A DNA stretch of 63,235 nt, filler included, from Octopus bimaculoides (Eukaryota), in the NCBI RefSeq assembly GCF_001194135.2. It is 5 parts of 5 records of this genome, joined end to end, with 100 filler letters (N's around TTAATTAATTAA, not from the genome) between each part and the next. Parts side by side here need not be neighbours in the genome. Positions count along the whole stretch, not along the records: positions 19,905 to 41,224 come from NC_068999.1; positions 41,325 to 54,446 come from NC_068986.1; 3 more parts are not named here. One strand, given 5' to 3'. A program made the position numbers and the translations under genes. The notes beneath the pieces were generated by a model. It was not told the origin of the DNA. It ran no database searches and saw nothing but the letters and a program-made list of their open reading frames with translations. The first letter of the stretch is position 1. The number at the start of each line of letters is the position of its first letter. This document shows positions 38,001-50,867 of this stretch, piece after piece.

Positions 38001-38660
38001 CATCTCTATCAATATAGTCCGCCAAGGCGGCAGAGTCCTTGCTCCCCTGGTTTTGAACTCAGAGTGTTCCTTCTCCTAGGCTGCTTGTCACCCAAGGTTA
38101 ACGAGTACAGCCTACCAGGGGTACTGGTTATTTGAAGGCGCCAGATACTCGCCTTTTCTCCCACTTCTATTGATTTGACAAAGGAGTCAACCAAGACTGC
38201 AGGGGTCTTACTACCCATAACTTGGGCCTGTTCCCTTCGCATTTCCGTATGTTGGGGACGATAATCCTGATTCTCACAAGGAGATAGATGAGCGTCAGTT
38301 GGTCCTGTATCTTCATCCAAATTTTGCTCCAAAGTTAAGTCTCGATTCGCGGTTCATTTGTCTTCATCCCAGGCATGGAGCCATTGGACACTGACAGGTT
38401 GTCACCACTGTGACTAAGGAGTCCTATCTACCCCAGTTTTTTTAAATCAGAGTGTTCTTTATCCTAGACAGACTGTCAACCAAGGCTTACGAGTTCTGTC
38501 TACCCATTTTCGGAATGGCCATTGATTTTTTTAAGTTCCTCTACTCTTTGCCGGGTTTTGTTTTTAATCCCGCAGGATGTCGAAAATCCAACCTCCTCAC
38601 TAAGCAAGCTTAGTGGGGTTGCCGGTTTAGTCGCCGACGACTCCACAGTTTCACAGCGCC
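35003..38660 (-). mobile_element. Near full-length decayed R4/Dong element (subfamily E) with a long structured putative 5' UTR (about 37930-38660)
   Basis: KNGWLTELELEAIKRR N-terminal motif, RT LLFFMNDLKLY and EFGLKK, GGRGL, ILWDVMIQCD...KSDIVVVNK...IEIAC, LQKSTLLGTARILRRILEA*. 3' UTR ends at (TAA)n. The 5' boundary is inferred. Confidence 0.8.
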
Positions 38661-39149
38661 ACTGGGTAATGCTTGTTCACTATTCAAATTTCAATATTAC
38701 TAATATAATCCCTATCCTATTGTTTCCTAGTTAACTATTATAGGTTCACAATTATTATTATAATTATATGATTACTATAAGGCCGACGAGTCATAATACT
38801 GTCTCCCTTGATTTCTTTAGACAACAAATGATGGCAGATTTACGACTGTTGGTTTAGCTGCTGCTGATGCTGCGGCATTAAATTGAGGAGCGGGCTTCTG
38901 TCTACTAATACAGGCTGTTTGATTGGACTGTTAGTTGACATGGCTGGCAGTCGATTAAGTACGGGTGGGAGAGGATTTTTGAGAGTAGCGGCGTCAAGTT
39001 GACACTACCATAGCTAAGATTTCAAGGTTTTACCAAATATAGAAAGTACTGGAAAACGCTTACACATTTTTGTGGAGAGATGTTAAATGACCTTGTCATC
39101 GTATGAATGATTTCAGCAGCACTGAGAACCGATTGGAAGAGGAAGGAGG

Positions 39150-39159
39150 GAGAGAGAGC

Positions 39160-39195
<36 letters not shown>

Positions 39196-39226
39196 GAGAG
39201 AGAGAAAAAGAGAGAGAGAAAGAGAG

Positions 39227-39268
<42 letters not shown>
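39150..39268 (+). repeat. (GA)n microsatellite
   Basis: Direct inspection. Confidence 0.95.
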
Positions 39269-39270
<2 letters not shown>

Positions 39271-39479
39271 CAAAAGGGAATGAGGCAGGAGGCGGGGGAG
39301 GAGGAGCAGCAGCAGAAGAAGAAGAAGAAGAATGTTCTTTTCTCCATTTGCAAGGAAAATAAGCAACATATGAGAGATACCTCATTGCTCGGAGCTGAAG
39401 TTTTGTGACAATTTCTGTTTTTTTAGAGGTGTGGCTTACTTTATGTCTGACCTTGATGCTTTCTTCCCTTCTTTCTTTT

Positions 39480-40060
39480 CTTCCTGTACTATCACTTATG
39501 TCGTTATATGTGCAACCTTTTTTTTCTAACAAAATAGGCAACTTCAAAAAATGTAAGTGTATAAGAAACAGAACACTTGTTGGTGCAGCAAACAGTGATA
39601 GAAGCAACATGTGGTTGGGGAGTGCTGGTTTAGATGGAAGATTGGAGAAAGTGGTTACGGGAAGCAGATGGATGTAGGGAGGCAAAGAAAGAAAGCAAAC
39701 TGATGTAATATAATATAAAGTAGCAAAATATATGAATAAATAGGCTACTATACAGTCATAGAATGTACAAGCAGCGACAGACAGCTATAACTCCTTGATA
39801 ATGTTATGGCAATAACTAAAGTATCAAATACAGATAACGAAGTATTAAGATTAAGGATCGGTATGCAGTGTCATCTTAAAGTAGATGCTATGGGTGCTGC
39901 ATTACCGGGGCTCACGATCCCCTTGGGAAAAGAGGCATAAAGGAATATTTCGAGAGGGGTGGGGTAAGGCCTCTCAGTACCTGAAGATGGCGCAGTCTGT
40001 AGGCAGAATGTAAACGGAAACAACTAATCTTTTCAAACCATTTAGTTTAGAACTCTTATC
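39480..40060 (-). mobile_element. Possible highly decayed LINE RT 3' fragment
   Basis: Only weak motif similarity (GNAAP, SCLSLL). Confidence 0.3.
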
Positions 40061-40088
40061 ACTTCAGATAGGCGCCACGGAGGAAATA

Positions 40089-40120
<32 letters not shown>

Positions 40121-40315
40121 CCTTTCTGCTATAGGGACAAGGCCTGAAATTTGGTAGGAGGGGACCCCAGTGTGTCACTGGTATTTATTTTATCGACCCC
40201 GAAAGGATGAAAGACAAAGTCTATCTCGGCGGAATCTGAACTCAGAACGTAAAGACGGACGAAATGCCGCTAAGCATTTTGCCCGACATGCTAACGATTC
40301 TGTCAGCTTGCTGCC

Positions 40316-40316
<1 letters not shown>
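40121..40316 (-). mobile_element. S1 SINE
   Basis: Reverse complement of the S1 head and central domain. Confidence 0.85.
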
Positions 40317-40370
<54 letters not shown>

Positions 40371-40371
<1 letters not shown>

Positions 40372-40684
40372 GAAACTTTCAAAATACAAAGACCTGGAAA
40401 TAGAAGTAACTCGGATGTGGAATCTAAAAACAGAAACAATTCCTATCATAGTAGGCGCCTTAGGTATAATAAAGAAATATTCAGACAAATACATAACAAA
40501 AATACCAGGGCTTACAAATATATATAACATACAGAAAATTGCACTACTGGGCACGTACACATGCTCTGCAAAAAACTTTCAATACAGTAAACATAAGAGC
40601 ACCACAGCAAACCACAGCACATACCCAAGGCACACAGAGTTGCGCTCGGTAGTGAAGTGAATGCACGCTATAAAAATAAAATTA

Positions 40685-40688
<4 letters not shown>
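40371..40688 (+). mobile_element. R4/Dong subfamily B 3' fragment between two (AAT)n tracts
   Basis: KYKDLEIEVTRMWNLKTETIPIIVGALG; 3' end matches 29200-29442. Confidence 0.9.
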
Positions 40689-40758
<70 letters not shown>

Positions 40759-40759
<1 letters not shown>

Positions 40760-41224
40760 CCACGGAGACACGCTCTCTCCACTCGTGTTCTGCCTGGCAC
40801 TCACACCTTTAAGTGAATTGCTAAATAGAACTGGATGCGGATACAGATGTTACGGAAAAACAGTCAGCCACCTTTTATATATGGATGACCTAAAATTATA
40901 CGCCAGAAATGACAAATAGCTGGAAACACTACTACAGACAGTACATGGCTTTACCAAAGAAATAGATATGAAATTCGGATTAGAAAAATGTGCCAAAGCA
41001 ACCCTGAAAAGAGGAAAATTAGTTAAAAGTAGCAACATCACACTAGATAAAGCCAATGAAATAAGAGAACTAGACGAAAGCCAACCATACAAATATATAG
41101 GAGTCAATGAACTAGATAGGATACAATACACACAAATGAAAGAAAAAATAAAGAAAGAGTACTATAGACGAGTTAGATCAATACTAAAAACAGAGCTCAA
41201 TGCTAAAAACAAGATAATAGGTAT
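40759..41224 (+). mobile_element. R4/Dong subfamily B RT fragment starting directly after (AAT)n
   Basis: GDTLSPLVFCLALTPL...LLYMDDLKLY...FGLEKC; nearly identical to 27822-28280. Confidence 0.9.
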
Positions 41225-41324
41225 NNNNNNNNNNNNNNNNNNNNNNNNNNNNNNNNNNNNNNNNNNNNTTAATTAATTAANNNNNNNNNNNNNNNNNNNN
41301 NNNNNNNNNNNNNNNNNNNNNNNN

Positions 41325-41368
<44 letters not shown>

Positions 41369-41599
41369 TGCTTGCAATTCTAATGCCCTCTCACAGACAG
41401 AGAGGTACCACCAACATAGTACTAGAAATATAGATTTGAATATCATCCTGATGTTGCCACTGTATCAGTATCAATACCAACAACACCATGTGACTTGCCT
41501 TGACCAATAACAGCCCAATCTCCAGTAGTCATCTTGAACTTGCTCTATTCAGTTACCTAAGCCTCAAGAGCTAAGTTATGGAGAGTAAACAAACCAACA

Positions 41600-41830
41600 C
41601 CATTTGTCAAGTGATGGGAAAAGGGGTGACATACACACACATACATACATACATATATACACACACACACAATGGACATCCACATGGTCTCTGTTAACCA
41701 AATTCGCTCACAAGGCATTGGTCAGCCCTAAGATTATAGTAGAAGTAACTCGCCCAAGGTGCTGCACAGTGGGACTGAACTCAAAACCAGATGGTTGCAA
41801 AATGAGCTTATTAACCTAACAGCCACATAC
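41600..41830 (-). mobile_element. SINE family S2 (CORE-like; CCTTGGGCAAGTG...GTAGACGGAAACTG body)
   Basis: Other S2 pieces near 8810-8900, 42825-43490, 46140-46290, 49730-50100, 51645-51990, 52745-53160, 53355-53757, 54155-54280, 54595-54760, 55225-55380, 55985-56200 and 58830-58935. Confidence 0.7.
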
Positions 41831-41841
41831 ATGCATATATA

Positions 41842-41895
<54 letters not shown>

Positions 41896-42934
41896 ATAAT
41901 ATTTTATAAGCTTAAAGCTTATAAGCGAAAACCACTAATGACAATAAACTAATATAAGGGCATAGAAACCCTTGACAGAGCCCCAGTATTAGACTATTTT
42001 CGTTAGTCAATACACAGTATTTGCTTATAAGCTTTAAGTGTATAAAATATTATTATTATTTACAGAATTGTAAAATCAACACCATTTACCAAATCATTGC
42101 ACACGTGCACACACACACACACACACATGCACATACACACACACACACACATGCACATACACACACACAGAGAATATATTCTTCCGTGTTTTATTATTTG
42201 AACCATCCTAACTTCCTTTGAGACAAAGTGTGTCAAGGTCTGCACAAACTAATGTGTTCATTTTTAAGATGGTAAGGTGAGAATTCGGTAGCTATTTCTT
42301 GCACGTAACAGTTCTCTTGTTGGCTTTTTAATTTTTTTTAAAAGTAGTCTTTAACTCAAAACACAATTTTCCTCCAACTCATTCTATATTTGTTGAAAAA
42401 AAAAACAAAAACAAAACAAAACAAAAAAAACGAACTCTTTAGTTGCTAATCAATACTTTTCTGCTTAACTAACATTTTTCTAATTTTGTGTCTATAAATG
42501 TCACTCCAAATAGAACAAAACAAAATTTAATTCTTATTGTAAGTCAGGTGTTAAGAATGAAACATGGATTTAGGCAGCAGATTATTCGTTATCTAAATTA
42601 GAATCTGCTCGTTCACCTAGCCAATACTGCCACATAAGCACTTTGTTTTCTTTTTGACAACTCAAGAAAGTTTCTTTAAGACAGCTACTTAGAAACATCA
42701 AATATAATTGTAAAAGAGAAAATTGATCTAGAACAATGTTCACAAACTACTTAAGCTTGGCTTGTTGAAATTTAGTATTTTTTAAAATAATTCTGTTATT
42801 GAAATAGTTTTTATTTTTTACTGGTTTCAGTCATTGGACTGCAGATATGCCAGGGCACTGCTTTTTTGGAAAGGTTTAGTCAAACAGATCAATCTCAGAA
42901 CCTATCATTTTTTAAGTCTGGTAGTTATCCTATC

Positions 42935-43291
42935 GTGGAGGCACAATGGCCCAGTGGTTTCGATTCCCAGACCGGGCGTTGTGAGTGTTTATTGAGCGAA
43001 AACACCTAAAGCTCCACGAGGCTCCGGCAGGCGGTGGTGGTGAACCCTGCTGTACTCTTTCACCACAACTTTCTCTTACTCTTTCTTCCTGTTTCTGTTG
43101 TGCCTGTAATTCAAAGGGCCAGCCTTGTCACACTGTGTCACGCTGAATATCCCCGAGAACTACGTTAAGGGTACACATGTCTGTGGAGTGCTCAGCCAAT
43201 TACACGTTAATTTCACGAGCAGGCTGTTCCGTTGATCGGATCGACTGGAACCCTCGAAGTTGTAAGCAACGGAGTACCAACAACAACAACA
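42935..43291 (+). mobile_element. SINE nested in an S2 SINE, with a 12-bp target-site duplication and an (AAC)n tail
   Basis: TSD AGTTATCCTATC at 42923-42934 and 43292-43303. Confidence 0.85.
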
Positions 43292-44222
43292 AGTTATCCT
43301 ATCAATCTCTTTTGTGGAACAGCTCAGTTATGAGGACATGAAAAAACCAACACTGGTTGTCAAGCAGTGGAGTGTGTGTGTGGGGAGTAAATGTAAAGAC
43401 ACACACACACACATATATAGTATTATGACAGGTTTCCACACACTTTCTACTTACCAAATTCACTCACAAGACATTGTTTGACCTAGGGTACCATGTAGAT
43501 GAGCTCATATAAAAGTATGTTTGCAGCAAGTTAGATGTTGTTTAGCATAGGGGCTTGAAATGAGCTATAATTGCAAGCAACAGATATGAAAACAAGAATG
43601 CACTTTCAGACAAGTCTTTGGAACGAATGAAGTATGACATAGAATGTTAGTTTCAAAAGTCAAGGGTCGGAAACATAACTGATGAGAGGCAGATACTGAG
43701 AGATGAATTCAATTTAAATTGAGTTTCCTTTTGCAATTTCTGAAGATGTTATATTTAATAGTGGAAAAAAAAAAAAGACAAAGAAAGAGGGATGCATAAT
43801 GCTGATAATGTGCTACAAACTGAAAGTTTAAGAAGCCAAGAAAAATTTCCCTAGATAATGGGTTTAAATACAATTAAACATATCACAAGTTCCATGCCAT
43901 GTTGCACTCACTGGATAGTTCCTTACAGAGCAACACATTGTTTGATCAATCTCACTCTATATAATTACTGGAAAACTGTTGATCAGAATAATATCCCTAT
44001 TTGTAATAAGGAGGGACATCCAATTGTAGAAAGCGACAACGACTCAGACAATTCTAGCAAAAACTCAACCACTTGGAAATGTATTTTATGTGCTTCCCCT
44101 CTTTTCATAAACACATAATCTGTTCAATCTGATTACTCACTCACTCATTTTTAATGATTCCCTTTCACAATTACTACTGTCACATGAGCATAGTTGCCCT
44201 AAAACATTCATCCATTCATTTA

Positions 44223-44253
<31 letters not shown>

Positions 44254-44426
44254 ACTCTTTCACATACACACGTGTATGTGTGAAGATGCACACGGAAACA
44301 TATGCAAAGAAACACATTCAGACACTCACACACATACAAGCAAAAACAAAAACACACTCAAAAATTCATAAATACTAAAATACATGCACACAACAAAGAC
44401 ACCCACGCATCAAGACAACCACAAAG

Positions 44427-44465
<39 letters not shown>

Positions 44466-44859
44466 AAACATACACACGAACACACAGACACATACACTCA
44501 TGCAGAGACAAACTAGAGAAACCAAATGTAAAAGCATGTGTTTCAGAAGAAAAAAGTAATAAATTATTTATGGAAAGTACAATTAGATCAACAATTTTAG
44601 GTTGATGTAAGAACTATAAATAGACGAGAAATTTATCAAGAAAACATTCGCATATATAACATATATACATTCACTAAGATCGTGCAGTTAGCAGTTTTAT
44701 AAAGTGATTTTGTTTTTTAATCATTTATATTCCTTACATTTTGAATTGCTGGCACACATGTCCATATTAATTCTAATGTAATAAATCTCTTCCTCTCTCT
44801 TTCTCCCCCCACACATATACACATACCACCACCACCACCACCACCAGTATCATCATCAT

Positions 44860-45050
44860 CATCATCATCATCATCATTTAACATCTGTTTTCCATGTTGG
44901 CATGCATTAAACGGTTTGAGAGGATCCAATGAAACACAATTTGTTGAGCTTCAATGTTAGTTATGTCAGGACTTCCACAGCTGGATGCTCTTCCTAATGC
45001 CAACCACTTTACAGAGTGTATTGGGTGTTTGTTTTATGACACCAACACTA
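44860..45050 (-). mobile_element. RTE-type 3'-end/SINE fragment ending in (ATG)n
   Basis: GCTGGATGCTCTTCCTAATGCCAACCAC motif next to (CAT)n. Assignment is from recollection. Confidence 0.45.
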
Positions 45051-46333
45051 GTGGGGTCAAGTAACTTTCAAGACAAAGAAAAAAAAAATCCTCCCCAACT
45101 GAATGGGGGTGATTTTGGGAGAGTTGGGAGGTGGATTTATGCCATGTGTTGAAAAGCTAAAGTATGACAGAGGGACAAGTACAGGTATCTTTCTGAAAAG
45201 GAGAAAGAGATGGTGGTGATGAGGTGATGAGAAACCAAGAGAATACAGAGAGAAGATTGGAGAGAGAGAGGGTAGGTCCATAAGAGTATGAGCGGAGGGG
45301 GGGTAGATGGTTAGCAATGGGGAAAAAGCTGAATGCAATGAATGATGAAGTAAGGTGAAGGTGTAAGTGATAGTAAATATCAGTTTGGAGGGAAGGTGAA
45401 AGAGATAGAAATGACTCAGGAAGGAGGAGGTGACTAGTAGCAGTACAAGTGAGCCGAAAGCAACAGTGTCATAAAACTGTAGATAGATGAAGTAGGGAGA
45501 TGATATGCAGGGTGTGAGAAGAGGGGTGGAGAGGAAGATGTACAGAGATAGAGATGGAGGTAAAAGGTATTTAAGAATAGCTATAGTGAGTGTGAGACAA
45601 AGGAGGGATGATGGATATGAGAAGGTGTATGGGAGGGGACAAAGGGGGTGATGGATATGAGAGGGTGTTGAGAATAACAGCAGGTATGACAGGTTTTGAA
45701 GGTGTAGCCCAGAGTAGACGAAGATAATTGAAGGCACAGAAAGGGGTTGTGGGTAGGAAAGAAATGACAATGAGAATGAGAAATGGATGTTAAGAGGAAG
45801 TGATTCTAGGGGGGGGGGGTAACTGGAAGTGCAAAAGTGGGGGGAATTATGTGTTGATTTACAGCTGTTGAGTAGTACTGTAACTAGAAAAGTGATGGAG
45901 GGATAAGTGTTAAGAAGATGAGATATAGGGAATGTTTGATGAGGGCAGATTGAGTGTAGAGACAGGCTGGGTGCAGGAGTAGAGTTTGATCAGAGGTCTA
46001 GTAGGTCAAAGCTAACTTGGGTCTAAACCAGTGGTTCTCAATCAATTTTTAACTATGGACTCTTTTGGTTCCTATTTTACTTAGATGGATGCTCATAGTC
46101 ACTCGATGTTTAGAAAATAGACCTTATTGTATATTTATAATGGTACAGGAGTGGCTGTGTGGTAAGTAGAATAAGTACCAGACTTGAAACAAAAGAAGTA
46201 CTGGGTTTGATTCATTTGACTAAAAGTTCTTCAAGGTGATGCCCCAGCATGGCCACAGTCTAATGACTGAGACAAGTAGAAGAAAGTAAAGTAGAAGAAA
46301 GTATGTATATATATATATATATGTGTGTGTGTG

Positions 46334-46376
<43 letters not shown>

Positions 46377-47194
46377 ATGCATCTATGCATGTGTACAGAA
46401 CCACTAAGAGAAATGTTGCAAGGCGGAATGAAACTGGTTTTAGATCCCACACAAGCTCCTCACAAACTTTTAAGTCCATGGACTTTAAATCATTAGTTAA
46501 GTATTTCCAATAAAGATAATGGTCTGACATGAAATTTTAAAGTTGTCATTTTTTTCCTCCCACTTCTTTGTAGATAAACATGATTATTATAAAATACGAA
46601 CAAAGTAGATCACTTATAGTGTATGATTATAAGAGCATAACTGAACATAATGGTTAATCACAGCTATATGAACAGGAACATTGATAAACTCTCATAAATG
46701 CTTTATTTCTTGTGCACCACAATAAGCAGATAATATATTTTGCATAAAGCAAGGGTAATCCCAATTAGCTAATGGAAGTTTTCCTGGCTTTTTTATTTGT
46801 TAAATTTTTAACAACACTATCAATAAATCAATTTCTGTGGTAACACTTGATTCAATACTTGGTCTTACTAAATTAACAATCAAGTTTTGAGACATGGTAG
46901 ACCTTAAAATGCATTTGATATTCTTTTTAAGAATGGTAAATTTTGAAGCAAAAACAGCTATAAATAATAGTGTGTAAATATTGGGTTTAAATCTCTTTGA
47001 ATAGCATGACAGGTTTTCTACCATTAAACCAAAGTAATCCTTTGAATTTCTCTATCCATTTTAAAGGCTTTCTTCTAACCAGCAAGAATTATGTGTTTTT
47101 GGTGTGATGAAGATTTATAAACTTCAAGAAAGTGAAGTAATTCTTTTTAGGAATGGTGAATTTCAAAGCAAACAAAACTATAAAGAATTCTTTC

Positions 47195-47403
47195 TACTAA
47201 AGGCACAAGGCTTGAAATCTTGTGGGGAGGGGACTAGTTGATTACGTCAACCCCAGTGTTTCACTGGTACTTAATTTATCAACCCTGAAAGGATGAAAGG
47301 CAAAGCTGACCTCGGTGCAGTTTGAACTTAGAACATAAAGAAGGTTGAACTGCTGCTAAGCATTTTGCCCAGCATGCTAACAATTCTGCCAGCTCGCTGC
47401 CTT
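47195..47403 (-). mobile_element. S1 SINE
   Basis: Reverse complement of the S1 head (GGCAGCGAGCTGGCAGAATTG). Confidence 0.85.
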
Positions 47404-48048
47404 AAAATAATAACATGCAAATATTGCGTTAAAAACTCTTTGGGTGGAAAAAATTGAAGGCTAACCATGACTTTCTAGGCAAAGGGATTTTTTAATATTT
47501 ACACACTGCTATTTACAGCTTTATTTGGTTCAAGTTTCACCATTCCTAAAAGAATTATTTCACATTCTTAAAGTTTCTGAATTCCTATGTGCTTCATGTG
47601 TTTGAATTTGTTAAAAAATGATTCTGCTGGTGCTATTCCTTTCTAGTTGTAACAGGAATTGTCAACAACATGCTTAAAGTAACACAAACATTTGAAAATA
47701 TGTCACAAAGTTTGGAATTAGTAAACAAATTTAGAAATTCTAATAGTTTCAGTACTGGTTTTCCAACATTTGCTTTATGTACTAATTGTAAATGTTAAAA
47801 ATACTGAAATTCTATTACAAAATCTCCTTCATCTTATAATAATTCTGCTTGCCATTACATTACTTAGCCCATTGGTAATGCTTTCACATGATTAGATAAA
47901 AACAGGGAGAACAGATGGAGTGAGAAGAGTCCATGACATGTGGTAGGGGGAACGTAATAGTTATTGTGTGGTTAAAAAAGTTATAGAGGAGAGTCAGTAA
48001 TATAATATTAGCAGGAGGGTGATGTTCTGATGGTGAGATTAAAGTAAG

Positions 48049-48051
<3 letters not shown>

Positions 48052-48132
<81 letters not shown>

Positions 48133-48147
48133 AGAGAGAGAGAGAGA
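48052..48147 (+). repeat. (GA)n microsatellite
   Basis: Direct inspection. Confidence 0.95.
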
Positions 48148-48267
48148 TGATGATGATGGTGGCGGCGATGGTGAATGCATGGTGAAAAGCAATTTTTTTT
48201 TATTGGACTAATTTTTTTATATCACCTATCACTTAATGCATGCACAACCCAAACAGAAAGAAACTAG

Positions 48268-48446
48268 TTTCCCTGTTCACCTGTCATATGCAATAAATCA
48301 TAAGGGCAGACATTTGATAAAGTGGAGCTGTTCTTGCCTGACCATGGTCAGCTATATGGTGCATTCTCAAGGGCTCATAAATTATCTGATGTCAGAGTTC
48401 AAGTTATCAACACTGGCAAACAAGGGAGAAGTGGGAGAACTTAAAT
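48268..48446 (+). mobile_element. Helitron PIF1-like helicase C-terminal fragment (frameshifted)
   Basis: FPVHLSYAIN / GQTFDKVELFLPDHGQLYGAFSR, compared with the FPVRLAFAMTINKSQGQT...HGQLYVALSR motif. Confidence 0.8.
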
Positions 48447-48926
48447 GAAGAACATTAATCTGCAAAGAAGTATTGGATTGAAAGGTGTATGCAAATTGAA
48501 ATATGTATTGGCTCTGACCCATCACCTTGGCTTATAAGTCACCAATGATGTGGTTTCCAGAGTATGTCATGTTGCATTAAATGTTTACCCCTGTGAAATT
48601 GTAACCCCCATATTTTACATATAAAATAACTTTTTTCGATCTATTTTAAAACGGGGGCCACATTTTTCATTAATGTTTTACGTAGTGTTTTTGGTACGGA
48701 AAGACTTTCAAACTTCGTATACTTATCTATTTTGTGTTATAGAACAGAAAAATATTTTTGTATTCGAATTTATTTCATGTAAAAAATTGTCTTATTTCGA
48801 TAATTTCAACCAATCACTGACAAGTATTCAGTTGTTTATATTTACTCCTTTGGCTGATTAAGCGATGTAAAGCGTATTTAATTTCCATACCTTCGTTTTA
48901 TTTGCTTTTTTCATTTTAAATTTGCT

Positions 48927-48966
48927 TTAACCCTAACCCTAACCCTAGGGTTAGGGTTAGGGTTAA
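48927..48966. repeat. Perfect 40-bp palindrome of telomeric hexamers (CCCTAA)n/(TTAGGG)n
   Basis: TTAACCCTAACCCTAACCCT|AGGGTTAGGGTTAGGGTTAA. Confidence 0.95.
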
Positions 48967-50867
48967 TTGTTTCAGAATTGTTTGTTTATNNNNNNNNNNN
49001 NNNNNNNNNNNNNNNNNNNNNNNNNNNNNNNNNNNNNNNNNNNNNNNNNNNNNNNNNNNNNNNNNNNNNNNNNNNNNNNNNNNNNNNNNNNNNNNNNNNN
49101 NNNNNNNNNNNNNNNNNNNNNNNNNNNNNNNNNNNNNNNNNNNNNNNNNNNNNNNNNNNNNNNNNNNNNNNNNNNNNNNNNNNNNNNNNNNNNNNNNNNN
49201 NNNNNNNNNNNNNNNNNNNNNNNNNNNNNNNNNNNNNNNNNNNNNNNNNNNNNNNNNNNNNNNNNNNNNNNNNNNNNNNNNNNNNNNNNNNNNNNNNNNN
49301 NNNNNNNNNNNNNNNNNNNNNNNNNNNNNNNNNNNNNNNNNNNNNNNNNNNNNNNNNNNNNNNNNNNNNNNNNNNNNNNNNNNNNNNNNNNATATATATA
49401 TATATATATATACTTTATGCACAATTTTATAGACTTAATACACAGCACTCATAAAATAAATATTCACTCTTATTTTTCCATTTCCCCCATAAACAGAAAA
49501 AATTATATTTCACTTTTCAATGAACAGCAGATGAGCGACTATTATTCCATACAGACACAACACGGGCTATGGTTTCAGGTTCCTTGGATAAAATTTTTTT
49601 GGAATAACCCAAAAGGTTTACTATTAATTCTGTGAAATATTCATGGGTCCCACTAGTTACCATTAATGCCAATAAAATATTGGTGTCCAAACCCTTCTGA
49701 TTTTATTTATTTATCTAATTTTTGTAACTCAGGCATGGTTGTATGGTTAAGAAGCTTTTTTGCAACCATTTGGTTTTGGGTTCAACCCCACTGTAGCACA
49801 TTGGGTGAGGATTGTCTACCATAGTACCAAATCAACCAATGTTTTGTGAGTGAACATGATAACTGGAAACTGTGTGGAAACCTGTTGTGTATGTGTCTTT
49901 GTATGCATTTGTCCTTCACATGACAACAGGTGTTGATTTGTTTATATCCTTGTAACTTAGCTGTCCAACAAAACAGACCAAAAGAATAACTACTAGAATT
50001 AAAAGTTAGTACCGGGGTCAATTTGTTTGACTAAACCCTTCAAGGTAGTGGCCCAGCATGACCGCAGCCCAGGGACTGAATCAAGTAAAAGACAAAACGA
50101 TAAACGAACATAACTCAGAGATGGTGCTGCTAGACCCCTGTTCAAGATATATAATTTTCAAAGTGACACACAGTCACTGATAGTGTGTCGTATGACCAGC
50201 TGGAGATGATGTTTCCTGAGGCTAAATAACTAACATTCGGCCTAACCAGGACTGCCACATAATGTTAGCAAATAATCTTTACTCTAGAGTACTGTTACTG
50301 AATGTCTCTCATTTTCATAGACTGTGTAATATTTCCACCAGGAATGGAAATTTTCAGTCAGCTGCTCAGTAACATTAAAATGTAATTAATCCTGCAATAA
50401 AATTATCAGAACATAAAAACACAGTTTTTCTGAAGTACATTTTTTTGGTTTTTTACTGATAATCATCTGCGTCATTCAATTTTGCCAGGTTGGTATGAAG
50501 TGTTGTGTCAATCTACATGCTTTTTCTCTTTTAACTCACATCTCCACGCCCATGGGAGTGTTTGATTTCCGTCTCAACTGATACCAGCTCTTTGGCTTTA
50601 TTCCAGATGATTTTGCAGTTGTTTAGTAATTTTTGTTAGTAATTTCATCAAATATTCAAAGAGAGTTCTAGTGTTAGAAACTTCCACAACCAATGTGGCA
50701 TCTCTGACTTGAATGGTGTTGTTGCAATTATCTATCGGAGCCGATACTTTATAGCAAGCAGCTAACATTAAAACACAAACAACATTTTTAGATATGCTGA
50801 TACTTCATTTAATATTAAGGGCCTGTCAATGGGAAACCCAGTCCACCCTGTATCAAGGTATGAATGG

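Noticed and set aside
43858-44118. 86-aa plus-strand ORF with a plausible acceptor at about 43928
   Set aside because: No recognisable domain, weak donor and no partner exons.
45057-46030. 237-aa L/S/P-rich ORF in a purine-skewed stretch
   Set aside because: The ORF is a by-product of G/A-rich low complexity; probably an old repeat.
48927-48966. Telomere-fusion interpretation of the palindrome
   Set aside because: Orientation is the reverse of a fusion junction and there are only about three units per arm.
50440-50760. Weak resemblance to a Penelope GIY-YIG C-terminus on the minus strand
   Set aside because: No GIY or YIG motif visible; similarity too weak to call.
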